64,000 nt of DNA from a virus, in the IMG/VR virus record IMGVR_UViG_3300045988_104520; one strand, given 5' to 3'. The notes under the pieces were generated by a model that worked only from the letters and a program-made list of their open reading frames with translations, was not told the origin of the DNA and made no database searches. The position numbers and the translations under genes are program-made. Each line of letters opens with the position of its first letter. Position 1 is the stretch's first letter. Shown here one piece after another: positions 37,956-47,796 of the stretch.

Positions 37956-38279
37956 TTATATGTAATGCATGTACCCATCTCGGTGTATAAACCTTCCTGA
38001 TTCAAAGCGCTCAATATCTTCAGGGCAAATAGGGCCTGAATCCTCTCTCCTGGCTTCAAACCAAAGCCCCGGCTTACGAAGTCGGCAAGTTATGATATAG
38101 TTAAAGCAATTGTGCGTAAAATGGAAAACAGATCCTACAGGGAAATACCTATCAGCTTGAAATACGATTCTTTTTCGTTTAGTATCAAACGTGATATCTC
38201 CTACTATCTTAGCCACGTAATAGCTTCTGCCATTTAACGTTTCATCTGTCTGCGGTATCCAATAATAACCTCTTGCCAT
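37956..38279 (-). CDS. Hypothetical protein
   Basis: ORF in the minus block. Confidence 0.5.
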   Translation of the reverse strand: MARGYYWIPQTDETLNGRSYYVAKIVGDITFDTKRKRIVFQADRYFPVGSVFHFTHNCFNYIITCRLRKPGLWFEARREDSGPICPEDIERFESGRFIHRDGYMHYI

Positions 38280-38308
38280 GCCACAAATATAAAAAAAAGT
38301 CGGATAAC

Positions 38309-38629
38309 TTACGTACCCGACTTTATTATTTGTTTAAATAGACCAGTTCCGTCTATTATAATATGACCGTTTCTCATGCGGTCATTATTTGGGTTATAGA
38401 GAAAGTTAAGACCATCCACTTTCTCTTGTTTTTCAAAAGAGTTGATATCCTTTCCTCTACGGGCTCTTTCAAAAGCTTTCTTGAACAACTTGCCTCTAAA
38501 GGTCTTGACGAGGATCTTGGTAGCGTTATTGCCGGCTTTTACCATTGCTTTCCTTGCCTGGTCCTCCGAGACAAAACTGCTTCGGAAAATATACGATGCT
38601 GCTGCTTGTATGTCCTGCTTGGTAATCAT
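38309..38629 (-). CDS. Hypothetical protein
   Basis: ORF. Confidence 0.5.
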   Translation of the reverse strand: MITKQDIQAAASYIFRSSFVSEDQARKAMVKAGNNATKILVKTFRGKLFKKAFERARRGKDINSFEKQEKVDGLNFLYNPNNDRMRNGHIIIDGTGLFKQIIKSGT

Positions 38630-38762
38630 ATGATAAACATTTCTTTCAGAATACTGATCTTTATTCCGTATATCAATTTCATCTCATCTCTATCATATAC
38701 GTCAAAAAAGGATTCACTGGGGTCCTTTGAATCTTCGCTCAATTAAATTATGCAATTACCAG

Positions 38763-38797
38763 TTTGACATACTCCCATCGCTAAAGCAAATGGGATT
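38763..38797 (+). repeat. 35-nt conserved element, copy 2 (TTTGACATACTCCCATCGCTAAAGCAAATGGGATT)
   Basis: 33/35 identical to 7651-7685, same orientation; lies in an intergenic gap of the minus block. Confidence 0.75.
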
Positions 38798-38963
38798 CTT
38801 GGATACAAACGCAAGAAACCCCGATATTACTATCGCTGGAATTACTCTTGCTTTCCAATTCGGAAATGCCCTTCCGAAGAATATTTACTGGACCGTGAGG
38901 CTTGTTCTTGTGATCTTGAACCCATATAGCTGCACATACAACAATTTCCTTATCACACATAAT

Positions 38964-39239
38964 TTACATATTTAAAATACCGTTTTTACCAATATGCTTC
39001 TTTTCTTCTTCAGTAGGCCATTCTTTCTTGAACCTACCATGCCACGTTCCAGGAACCACCACCAGTTTATCATCCTTATCATATTCAATAGCGGCACATT
39101 CAGAACAAAGAGGCTTGCCTTCATATCCCTTTAGCGACTTATCGTAAATACGATTCTTACAAGGTCTTATAAGAGCCCAGTAATATGATGTGGCTGTATT
39201 ATCTATACAGCCACACTTTGAACATACAAACAAACTCAT
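38964..39239 (-). CDS. Zn-ribbon small protein
   Basis: CSKCGC...CSECA. Confidence 0.5.
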   Translation of the reverse strand: MSLFVCSKCGCIDNTATSYYWALIRPCKNRIYDKSLKGYEGKPLCSECAAIEYDKDDKLVVVPGTWHGRFKKEWPTEEEKKHIGKNGILNM

Positions 39240-40015
39240 CCCGCAATCTCCCAGTCATTAGACATAATATCATGTTCGGTTGGATTCCAATTTGATGCTA
39301 CTTTTTGACCTGTATCTATCATCAATATATTTACGTCAAACATACAGATATACTTTTTACCCCAATCGATTCTTTTTATCTTACGACCTAATTTAAGCCG
39401 TTCTAAAGCCTGTTCGAATGTCATGCCATGACGAGGCAGTTTGAGATACTTTTCAAGTCTGTCGGAGGCTTCATTTGGTGTATGGCCATCGTATTCGAAA
39501 GCGGTTTCTCTTTCAGGAACATCAAACAAATCCCAGTATTTGCTTTCATAGTGATTAGATACCTGACCGGTAGGTAGGATCGCCATCACAATAAACCAAT
39601 CATCAGAACCGAAGCATTTTTCTCCATCGCTGTGTCTCCTTGATTTGCAAACTTCAACCTGTCCGTTTCTGGCTAATAGATTAAAGAAGGCAGCGTTATA
39701 CAACATGCGATACCGATACAATTCATTGAAAGTGTGGTATCCGTCAGAGACTTCTCCCACGTCTACAGGCTTCTTGTTTTGAATACTACCCAAAATATTC
39801 TCTATATAGAGCTGTATTTTATACATACCCATTTCGGTGTGGCCGTATTTGTTCAAGATATTATTGACATCGTATTGTATATTAAAATCTTTTTCAAATT
39901 CTACTTCAGGATGATTAGGATAGTAGTAATCTACTGATGCTTCTAACACAGACTTGATATGCTCTACTATTCTCGTGGCATCATCATGTTTAAAAAAAAT
40001 GCTTAATTCCTTCAA
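39236..40015 (-). CDS. Two-domain protein with C-terminal DUF2829-like domain
   Basis: C-terminus MTFEQALERLKLGRKIKRIDWGKK...NPTEHDIMSNDWEI matches the DUF2829 pattern (M.F..AlE.LK.GkK..R..W ... DlL..DWEl). Confidence 0.55.
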   Translation of the reverse strand: MKELSIFFKHDDATRIVEHIKSVLEASVDYYYPNHPEVEFEKDFNIQYDVNNILNKYGHTEMGMYKIQLYIENILGSIQNKKPVDVGEVSDGYHTFNELYRYRMLYNAAFFNLLARNGQVEVCKSRRHSDGEKCFGSDDWFIVMAILPTGQVSNHYESKYWDLFDVPERETAFEYDGHTPNEASDRLEKYLKLPRHGMTFEQALERLKLGRKIKRIDWGKKYICMFDVNILMIDTGQKVASNWNPTEHDIMSNDWEIAG

Positions 40016-40126
40016 CGAATTTAATATCTTCGTTGATTGCTGATTCGAACTCTTCTTTTGTCATCACTCTAATTACATCTTTTTTAAAATCGTCTAATCC
40101 CATGATTTGTTTCAAATTAATTGTTA

Positions 40127-40762
40127 CTATACTTTCTTTATCCTACAATACAAACCCCATAAGAACTCAGCAGAAAAACCATCCCATACATTATTCTTCT
40201 GCCAAAGTTCTACTTTGTTAATAAACCAAGACCATGTGGGACCCTCATATGAAGAATCAGATGATGATCCCAATCCGATTTTCTCTATTTCATTCGCTAC
40301 ATCAGAATAAGGATCTAAATCGACTCCCCTAATCATATTAATAATATCATCCTTGTCTAACGTAAATTGAAACCGCTCCTTGTTAGTAGGCTGATCTTGA
40401 TTCAATTTACCAGTCGCAAGCCATTCTCCATCATGATACAATTCGGCAAGTTTCTTTACCTTATTTTTAAGAAAATAATACTCTTGTATGACTTCTATAA
40501 AATCAGCTTCGTTAGCTTTACCCTCTATGAAGATAACGGTTTTGCTTCCAGGTCTATGATCGTCTAAGCTTGCCGGGATTCCCAATATCGTCCATCCTTT
40601 AAACTCAGCTATCTTAAAACGCATGACATCAAACACCTTATAGAAATCATCACAATCTATAGATTCTATTACCTTAATATCCTCTTCCGTAAATTTACCT
40701 CGTATTGGAATAACGTGATGACCAGGACAGCCATCGGTTCCTAAATATGCGATTCTAACCAC
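40127..40762 (-). CDS. Hypothetical protein (211 aa)
   Basis: ORF. Confidence 0.55.
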   Translation of the reverse strand: MVRIAYLGTDGCPGHHVIPIRGKFTEEDIKVIESIDCDDFYKVFDVMRFKIAEFKGWTILGIPASLDDHRPGSKTVIFIEGKANEADFIEVIQEYYFLKNKVKKLAELYHDGEWLATGKLNQDQPTNKERFQFTLDKDDIINMIRGVDLDPYSDVANEIEKIGLGSSSDSSYEGPTWSWFINKVELWQKNNVWDGFSAEFLWGLYCRIKKV

Positions 40763-40782
40763 GATATTTACAATATTTTAAT

Positions 40783-40998
40783 TTATTTTGCTAAAACATT
40801 CATATAACATAGCACATCTACCACATCTCTTCTACGAAGTCCCTTATCAAAATAGGAAACCATATAAGTATTTTTACCTTCGTGATCAGGTCTGGGATCA
40901 AAGCATTCAAAAACGAATCTTGTTCTACCTTCAAGATGACCAAACATGAAAACAAATTCGCCACCGTATCTTTTATTAGCCAATTCTTCTACGGTCAT
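40783..40998 (-). CDS. Hypothetical protein
   Basis: ORF. Confidence 0.45.
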   Translation of the reverse strand: MTVEELANKRYGGEFVFMFGHLEGRTRFVFECFDPRPDHEGKNTYMVSYFDKGLRRRDVVDVLCYMNVLAK

Positions 40999-41222
40999 AA
41001 TCTGTCCCCTCCTAATCCTGAATTGATGCTAACATACTTGACACGGACATCATTTCCACGTCCAAGCTGACCCCAGCCGGGCGATGGCGTTCCCTTAGCC
41101 GGAGCAGGGACAGCCCTAAGCCGAGGCCAGTCCTGCTTTTGCCTCATGGCTTCAGCCTCTTTGTAATACTGGTTACACAGCTCTTGGTCTTCGTAACCAA
41201 TGTAATCTTCCTTATTTTCCAT
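40995..41222 (-). CDS. Hypothetical protein
   Basis: ATGA overlap. Confidence 0.4.
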   Translation of the reverse strand: MENKEDYIGYEDQELCNQYYKEAEAMRQKQDWPRLRAVPAPAKGTPSPGWGQLGRGNDVRVKYVSINSGLGGDRL

Positions 41223-41691
41223 ATAGAATAGTTTTTCAACAAATGTACGACATTAATGAATTAATTAGATTTAAAATAAAACAATATGAATTAAAATAAA
41301 AACCCGATACGTTAAAATCGCATCGGGCCTGGTATTGAAAAAAAATAGGTTCAGATCTTGGGTAAAGATTCGAGCCAATTTTTAACATCTTTATATTTAG
41401 GGTCTTTGTCTATTCTATCTTTCAGTTCATGCAATGCTGAGTCCATAACCGTATTCGGTACGCCAATCAACTCTCCTATTAAATACAAGGGGGTTTTATT
41501 CGATTTAGATTCGTGTGCTATATTCATGTCCAAAAAAAAGTTATGTGAAACAAACCGGCCACGGGTATTCTATTGCCCGCCGACCGGTATAACATTTTTA
41601 TTCCCTTTTTTCCAAACGGGAAAAACGGGAATGCGGGAATCATATTTTTTACTATGGCTCCCGCACCACCGGAAGGACCTGGGTCTGGATC

Positions 41692-41985
41692 TCAGGTCAG
41701 ATCCTTCCAGTTTATTTTTTCGCCGAGGTAATCTTGCACGGCAAGCCATCTTATAAAGGCTACTCCTTCGGGAGCATCCGGATCATCCAAATACATTAAC
41801 GTAGCTTTCACCAACTCGTTCTCACATTTGAAGACCTTCGGAAAACCATCCGAATAGTACATTGCAAAGACATATTGGACATCGCCCCATGTCGCTTTAT
41901 CCGGCTTCTTCGCTCCGCACTTTTCAAAAATATCTTTTATTTCCGGCTGCTTCCAGATCCTCTTGGATCCATCGACGTTGACCAT
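41692..41985 (-). CDS. Hypothetical protein
   Basis: ORF; nested inverted repeats at its 3' end (41595-41705). Confidence 0.5.
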   Translation of the reverse strand: MVNVDGSKRIWKQPEIKDIFEKCGAKKPDKATWGDVQYVFAMYYSDGFPKVFKCENELVKATLMYLDDPDAPEGVAFIRWLAVQDYLGEKINWKDLT

Positions 41986-42078
41986 CTTCTTTACCGCCTC
42001 ATCAGCGAGAGCATTAGAAAAATGGTAGCCGTAAGTATCTACATATTTCTGATAAGCTGGATCCTCTGCGTCTGCTCC

Positions 42079-42447
42079 TCAATAAGAACGACCTCTGCCA
42101 CGTCCGCGACCTCTACGCATCTGAGGTCCGTCACCGTAGTATCTGTCGTCTCCATAGTAATCGGTCGGGTAGGATTCGTAACCCATCCTCCGGTATTCCC
42201 GGTCCTCCATTTCATGACGACGTTCGCGCTCTTCGAGCCTTCTTTCCCTTTCTTCCAGCTCGTTTTCGCGCTCTTCCATTTCTTTCATCTTCTCATGCAT
42301 ACCGTAATGGTCGTAAATACCACCACCATACCCCATGTACGTCCCATCAGAACGCCGGCTTCTGCCTCTGCCTCCACCTCGTCTGTCTTCTATCTCGTCA
42401 TATCCAGGATATTCTCTGTGTCCTGAATTTAAATCATATACTATCAT
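42079..42447 (-). CDS. Low-complexity RGG/RG- and ER-repeat protein
   Basis: RRGGGRGRSRRSDG, EERENELEERERRLEERERRHEMEDREYRR and RRGRGRGRGRSY read from the translation. Confidence 0.4.
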   Translation of the reverse strand: MIVYDLNSGHREYPGYDEIEDRRGGGRGRSRRSDGTYMGYGGGIYDHYGMHEKMKEMEERENELEERERRLEERERRHEMEDREYRRMGYESYPTDYYGDDRYYGDGPQMRRGRGRGRGRSY

Positions 42448-42454
42448 ATTATAC

Positions 42455-42949
42455 TTATTTCAAACGTTCTACAATTAACTTCTTTAAATCTTCGAATGAA
42501 TCAGTAAGGTCATTCACCTTATTTTCTATACCAGCTATTTTACGATCCTGCTCTCTCGTTTGCTTGAATGCCGGATTGATATCTTCTAATATAGATTCAC
42601 AAGCCTCTATCTTGGCACGATGGGCATCTACGCTGTCTATTATTTCCTGACTGGTGCTTTTTATGGCATTCAGCTCGTTCATAATCGGATCTATACTGGT
42701 AGATAATGTTATGCCCATAGCCTTAGCCACATTCTGGGATTCCGGGACCGTATAGGTCTTGGTTTCGCCAGTGAGCTCTACCGTCAGATCCACCACGCGG
42801 GTCTGCATCGCCTGATACTGACCTGGCTGAGGAGGAAGATACCTGGGTTCGGATACGGCTACTACCTTTCCCAATTCGTATTTAGGTACTGTATTAGTAT
42901 CAAGGGTATGTACCTGAAACCCTTTCTTCAAATCTGAAAACATGATCAA
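42455..42949 (-). CDS. Hypothetical protein
   Basis: ORF. Confidence 0.55.
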   Translation of the reverse strand: MIMFSDLKKGFQVHTLDTNTVPKYELGKVVAVSEPRYLPPQPGQYQAMQTRVVDLTVELTGETKTYTVPESQNVAKAMGITLSTSIDPIMNELNAIKSTSQEIIDSVDAHRAKIEACESILEDINPAFKQTREQDRKIAGIENKVNDLTDSFEDLKKLIVERLK

Positions 42950-42999
42950 AATATTAGTTAGGTGAAAATAGGGTGATGATCTCCATCACCCTACTGAAA

Positions 43000-43386
43000 T
43001 CATTTACCTGCTTTAACTTCAGACGCCTGGGCTGCCGCTACTGGAACACAGCAATCCATTAATCTTAACACGCCACGAACTTTATTGAAGTACAGAAGGC
43101 GTTCTGTGCCATTTACCATAGCGGCACCCGTGACAGCTACGTTAATAGGGTTCACGACATTCACTCCCGTAACCGGGCAACAGGTGTCGGCTCCTACTGT
43201 TGAAACTGTGCTGTTTGCCGGGACCGCAATCTGTACCGGTAGAGCACTTCCGGCTGTGGGGACTACTTGCCTTATCTTAAGAAGGATAAGACCCTCACAC
43301 GGAAGGGCGATCCAAGCCCGTGGGTTAATACCGAAGACTGTATTTGTCGTACTGACAATAACATTCTTCGTAACCATCTCATACAA
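43000..43386 (-). CDS. Hypothetical Val/Thr-rich protein
   Basis: ORF; an antisense ORF of similar size exists, so the strand is uncertain. Confidence 0.35.
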   Translation of the reverse strand: MYEMVTKNVIVSTTNTVFGINPRAWIALPCEGLILLKIRQVVPTAGSALPVQIAVPANSTVSTVGADTCCPVTGVNVVNPINVAVTGAAMVNGTERLLYFNKVRGVLRLMDCCVPVAAAQASEVKAGK

Positions 43387-43391
43387 CGATC

Positions 43392-44261
43392 CTATTTTAG
43401 AAACACATTTTTGAGTTTTCCTTTTATACCATTTAAGGTCACTTCATATCCGGAGCCTGTCATGTATATGGTTTGTTGATTGATTCTATCACCAGAATAC
43501 TTATCTATGAAATAAGACCTATACACTCCATACCCTTTAACTACAACATTGCTATATAGCTCCCATTTGCCAAGACCGTTCCTAAACATGAATTTAGCTT
43601 CTTCAAGGAATGAGCGAAGATTCTTTTCAGCAATAATAACACCATTTTGCTCTAACTTCTTTGCAATATCACGAATCAGCCACATATTGTTATGGTCTAC
43701 TTTCCTAAAAGACTCGGCAAATTCTACATCGGGCTTGTGTTCTTCTATTGTTTTCAAAGCTTGTTGCTTCTCTGCCTCTGCCTGCGACTTTTCGGCTATA
43801 GCTTTTTGAGCAGCTTCATATTGATCAGCCCAGGCTCTTGCTGCATCTGCCGGATTAGAAAAGTCAGGGACCAAAATTCCCTTTCCACCGGAACTTGTTT
43901 TATATTCTCCTGTTTTACGAATAGAAGGAAGAACCTCAGATGTTACCCATTTCTTAAATCTCTTAGCAGACTCTAATTTTGAAGATAATATAAGAGAATA
44001 TAAACCAGATTCATTAATTATTCTTATACTATCTATATATCTGGTTTTCAATATAGATCGTTTTACGCCCCATTGATTATCAGATACTTGCAAAAGCATA
44101 GAATCATCATCATCTACATGTCTTTTTACCGCATCTTTAGCATTTATATATCCAAGAGATTTAGCCACATCTGACGCCACAAACCAAACATCTCCTTTTG
44201 GATCTACAATAATTCTAAGCTCTCCAAAATCCGAACTTTCAAAAACAGAAACTTTATCCAT
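43392..44261 (-). CDS. Bro-N domain protein (phage anti-repressor-like)
   Basis: FGELRIIVDPKGDVWFVASDVAKSLGY...INESGLYSLILSSKLESAKRFKKWVTSEVLPSIRKTGEY matches the Bro-N consensus closely. Confidence 0.8.
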   Translation of the reverse strand: MDKVSVFESSDFGELRIIVDPKGDVWFVASDVAKSLGYINAKDAVKRHVDDDDSMLLQVSDNQWGVKRSILKTRYIDSIRIINESGLYSLILSSKLESAKRFKKWVTSEVLPSIRKTGEYKTSSGGKGILVPDFSNPADAARAWADQYEAAQKAIAEKSQAEAEKQQALKTIEEHKPDVEFAESFRKVDHNNMWLIRDIAKKLEQNGVIIAEKNLRSFLEEAKFMFRNGLGKWELYSNVVVKGYGVYRSYFIDKYSGDRINQQTIYMTGSGYEVTLNGIKGKLKNVFLK

Positions 44262-44971
44262 GATAAAAAAAATAGGCCCAAAAGAGAATGTCAGATCCCA
44301 CTATGACAAACCCTAATGAGCCAAAAATATCTTTCAACATCAAACAACCAGAGGTGGGATCTCGTTGTTCATTGTTTCTGGAGCAAAGATAGGAACAGGA
44401 TTTTAAATAGCAAATATTTTAATACTTTTTAAATCAAACCAGGGCCCGCATCACTGCGAGCCCTGATCTACACTAATCTAAACTAATACCATGAAAAACT
44501 TAAATCTAAAAACTAAAGAACACACAAATGTAGGAAAATATATGCCTTTCACAAAGAATCTGTATCCTGTTCTTTTGTGTGATTCAAGACATGGGATATA
44601 GTTCTGATACTTAATCCGGTTTGATTTTGTATCAGATTATAAATATAGGATTTTGAAACTACAGTTCTTAATTGACCTAAATCATTCATAATGTTTTTAT
44701 ACATAAGATGAATGCTGTTGTTACGTTTGATGGTACTGATTCTCATTTCCTACTGTTATTAGTTACGTTCGGTTCTTACTTTTTCCTTATTTCCATAATC
44801 CCTTCCTGAAACTAATATCGCAAAATTAATAAAAATAATCCATAAACGACGAAAGTCTAACTTTTCTTGTATGTTATTGATATACGTGCATATGCAAGAA
44901 AAGTGAGACTTTCACGAGCCTCACTTTCCAAATCGTAATTATGAAAAAACTATATTATATATATACAAAAA

Positions 44972-47230
44972 TTACCTGCATTCCAATTTGTTAAGATCAT
45001 TCAATTCAGACTTGCTTACGGTCATGTCTTGCGTCAAGCCAGATCTGTTTTGGTATGGAGCGTAATCAGTTTCTACCGTCTTAGCCTTCTGAGTAGAATC
45101 GTATTTCACCTCCGATTCGGTTCCTGTCAGATTTTGGTAGATAGAGCCGGAACTACTCTCGCTTACTTTAGACCATATCTTATTACCTACTCTTATAAAA
45201 TTATCATAAATACCTTCTGCTGTTATAACACCATCTTGCTCTACGATATTAGAACCCGATTTTTCTTTTAACAAATACGGGTGCCTGGTGTAAAAATAGT
45301 GTTCAAAATCATTCCCAGCATACGAAGGGTCATACCTCTCCAAATAAAACAATTCTGATAAAGAAGGGTCGGTACTGGTCATGCTATAATCAAACAACAT
45401 CAACCTGTCTTTTCCAGATAAAGATAATTCTATTGATTTCAAAATATCAGGATCATCAGAAATAAGACCCAAAGATGGACCAGGTTTGAAGTCAAGATAC
45501 TTATAGGCATTATCATATAATTTTGTTTTATGGAGTTTGTTGTCAAGGTAAGATTGGTATAAATCGAATAAGGATAATGGGTTTTCGCTATCTTGTTTTT
45601 TGTTCATGTATCGACTATACTCCCGATCCACATCCACGTAAGGAACGTCAAGTACCGCAGGGTGCCCAAACGCCATCCTGGTCATTATCATGTCCTCTGT
45701 GTTCTGAGAATCCATGAACGATCTGACGTATTTTTTAATGGAAGCCATGAGCGTATTATCATCTACGTTCCGTACTTTCTCTTTATCCAAAACGCCGTTC
45801 TTAAAACAAGATTCAGGATATATTTTAGTAGAAAAATGAGTTAGGTTGTGCTTGGCTAATACTGTTGATATTTGATACATCTCGTTAAGATCATCTTTGC
45901 TGATCCTTTGATATAGATTATCTCCTACCTTAAGCAATGAATGTTTCTCAAATGCCTCTACTGGGTCTATATCGGATTCAGAATAAACGATATTCAAATT
46001 ATCCATATACTCCGGCAATAATCCAAAATAATAGTCTGTACTATCACCAAGAACATCATCTATAGAAGATGCCAGCGTTGGAGCATAATTTACATCATTA
46101 TGCCTGGCCACATAAATATCAAGATCCAGCATCAAATTATCTATCTTATTCAAAGATTCTTCTGTGCCATCATAAGTTTCCGATGTCCCTATTATATCTA
46201 TGCCAAACCACGTACAAGCCTCTTCTATATCCCATATCATGCTTCTTAAATCGGATTCGGTGTCGGCATTAGCCCTATGTAAATAAGCTGATATACGAGC
46301 TCTTAGGAACTCTATTTTGCCAGGATTGTAATAAGACAGATCTTGTAGCTTAGACAAAGATCTTCTCTTGCCTTCCACCACATCATCCCCTTCTATGTTT
46401 ATTACCGGAATCTTATTCGTAGATGAGAACTCATCAAACATAGATTCGGCAAATTCTTTATCAGAAACGAATTTCTCAACCAGTTCAGGATATGAATTTC
46501 TCAACGATTCAAAAGCAGATGAAAATTCAGAAAAGTTTTTTATGCCGGCTACTGTTTTACGCATAGCATAATAAAGCTCAGAAGGATTATATGGTACTTT
46601 TTTACCAAATTGGTTAAACACTCCCTCCTTGTAAACAATAGGACCATACTGATAGTCAATAGACATAAAATAATTATCTTTTTCCCTATCATGTTCGTTA
46701 ATAGAAGAATCTATTAACTTTCTCATGGAAGTCGAAACCTCGTTTAAAACAGAAGGATCGGATAAAATACGACTTATTTCTGTTTCATCATACAAACCGG
46801 ATCTCCTTAATTTCTGCTCATTCAGTATCAAACTGCCATCTACATAAAAATCGAAGAGGATAGCATTAGACAATGAAGACGCATTGAAAAAATAATGAGT
46901 AGACAAAAGGAAATCCCTTACATCCTTAATGTCCTGAGCCGTTAAAGGATCAGCAAAATAAGTCTGACGCTTCATATACGACAGCACGTCTTCTAAAAGA
47001 GGTTCGCCATTGGGATCGGTATTAAACATCTCCCCTGGAGCCGGGTTGTTCCAATGACCGTAATACGACAAAAAACCAGGAGTGTAAGCCTTAGCCCATA
47101 CCTGAAGGGCCCGCTCGCTGTTTCCTAATACTTTTAAAGCACTTTCGTAAAGAACGGAAGGCTCCCCGTTAGGAGCCTTAACCCGTTTTATTTCATTTTC
47201 CTTTTTTTCTATCTGACATTTGACACCCAT
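44972..47230 (-). CDS. Large virion-associated protein (752 aa)
   Basis: Intact ORF; TAACTTTG box upstream. Confidence 0.75.
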   Translation of the reverse strand: MGVKCQIEKKENEIKRVKAPNGEPSVLYESALKVLGNSERALQVWAKAYTPGFLSYYGHWNNPAPGEMFNTDPNGEPLLEDVLSYMKRQTYFADPLTAQDIKDVRDFLLSTHYFFNASSLSNAILFDFYVDGSLILNEQKLRRSGLYDETEISRILSDPSVLNEVSTSMRKLIDSSINEHDREKDNYFMSIDYQYGPIVYKEGVFNQFGKKVPYNPSELYYAMRKTVAGIKNFSEFSSAFESLRNSYPELVEKFVSDKEFAESMFDEFSSTNKIPVINIEGDDVVEGKRRSLSKLQDLSYYNPGKIEFLRARISAYLHRANADTESDLRSMIWDIEEACTWFGIDIIGTSETYDGTEESLNKIDNLMLDLDIYVARHNDVNYAPTLASSIDDVLGDSTDYYFGLLPEYMDNLNIVYSESDIDPVEAFEKHSLLKVGDNLYQRISKDDLNEMYQISTVLAKHNLTHFSTKIYPESCFKNGVLDKEKVRNVDDNTLMASIKKYVRSFMDSQNTEDMIMTRMAFGHPAVLDVPYVDVDREYSRYMNKKQDSENPLSLFDLYQSYLDNKLHKTKLYDNAYKYLDFKPGPSLGLISDDPDILKSIELSLSGKDRLMLFDYSMTSTDPSLSELFYLERYDPSYAGNDFEHYFYTRHPYLLKEKSGSNIVEQDGVITAEGIYDNFIRVGNKIWSKVSESSSGSIYQNLTGTESEVKYDSTQKAKTVETDYAPYQNRSGLTQDMTVSKSELNDLNKLECR

Positions 47231-47247
47231 TGTAATTAACTTTTTTG

Positions 47248-47255
47248 CAAAGTTA
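47248..47255 (-). promoter_or_regulatory. Bacteroides-type -7 box TAACTTTG (minus strand) upstream of the 752-aa gene
   Basis: Plus strand CAAAGTTA read directly. Confidence 0.35.
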
Positions 47256-47256
47256 A

Positions 47257-47796
47257 TTATAAAACCGACTTATACAATGACGGATCCCAAATTCCTTCTA
47301 TATAAATCTCCGGAAAACTCAAACTGCCATCACGAAGAGTGGTGACTTCCAAGCTGGGAATGTTGAAAACAGTACTGGTATCACTAAACTCACCATTCAA
47401 CTTGATAGCATTTCCGCTGTTATTAGCCTCATAATAAAAATAACAATAATTTTCATTAATGCTTGGATCATATTCGTACCAATATGTTAGATCTTGTATA
47501 TGATCTTCTATGTTACCAATTTTGTTTTCACCTAATATAAAAATACCATTATTGCTATGATTATAAACCATAGATTCATAACCACCATAATTCCAATTAC
47601 TATTAAACATTATGTAACTAACATCAGAATCATGATCTTTTAATACAGGTCCTATATGTATATGAATTTTATTAAACTGACATACATAAGGTCTTTTCCC
47701 TCCAAGCCTTTTTATATCCTCATTAGATAACTTATTATAACATCCTCCCACGAAATTATCCGCAGCATTAAAAAATCTCCTTCTCATACTCAACAC
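47257..47796 (-). CDS. Hypothetical Asn/Tyr-rich beta-rich protein (179 aa)
   Basis: ORF; 7-nt overlap with the upstream giant gene. Confidence 0.6.
   Translation of the reverse strand: MLSMRRRFFNAADNFVGGCYNKLSNEDIKRLGGKRPYVCQFNKIHIHIGPVLKDHDSDVSYIMFNSNWNYGGYESMVYNHSNNGIFILGENKIGNIEDHIQDLTYWYEYDPSINENYCYFYYEANNSGNAIKLNGEFSDTSTVFNIPSLEVTTLRDGSLSFPEIYIEGIWDPSLYKSVL

Noticed and set aside
43000-43414. Choice between minus-strand ORF 43000-43386 and the overlapping plus-strand ORF 43085-43414
   Set aside because: Both translations are odd (Val/Thr/Ala-rich). The minus strand was kept only because the surrounding genes are all on the minus strand. Low confidence either way.
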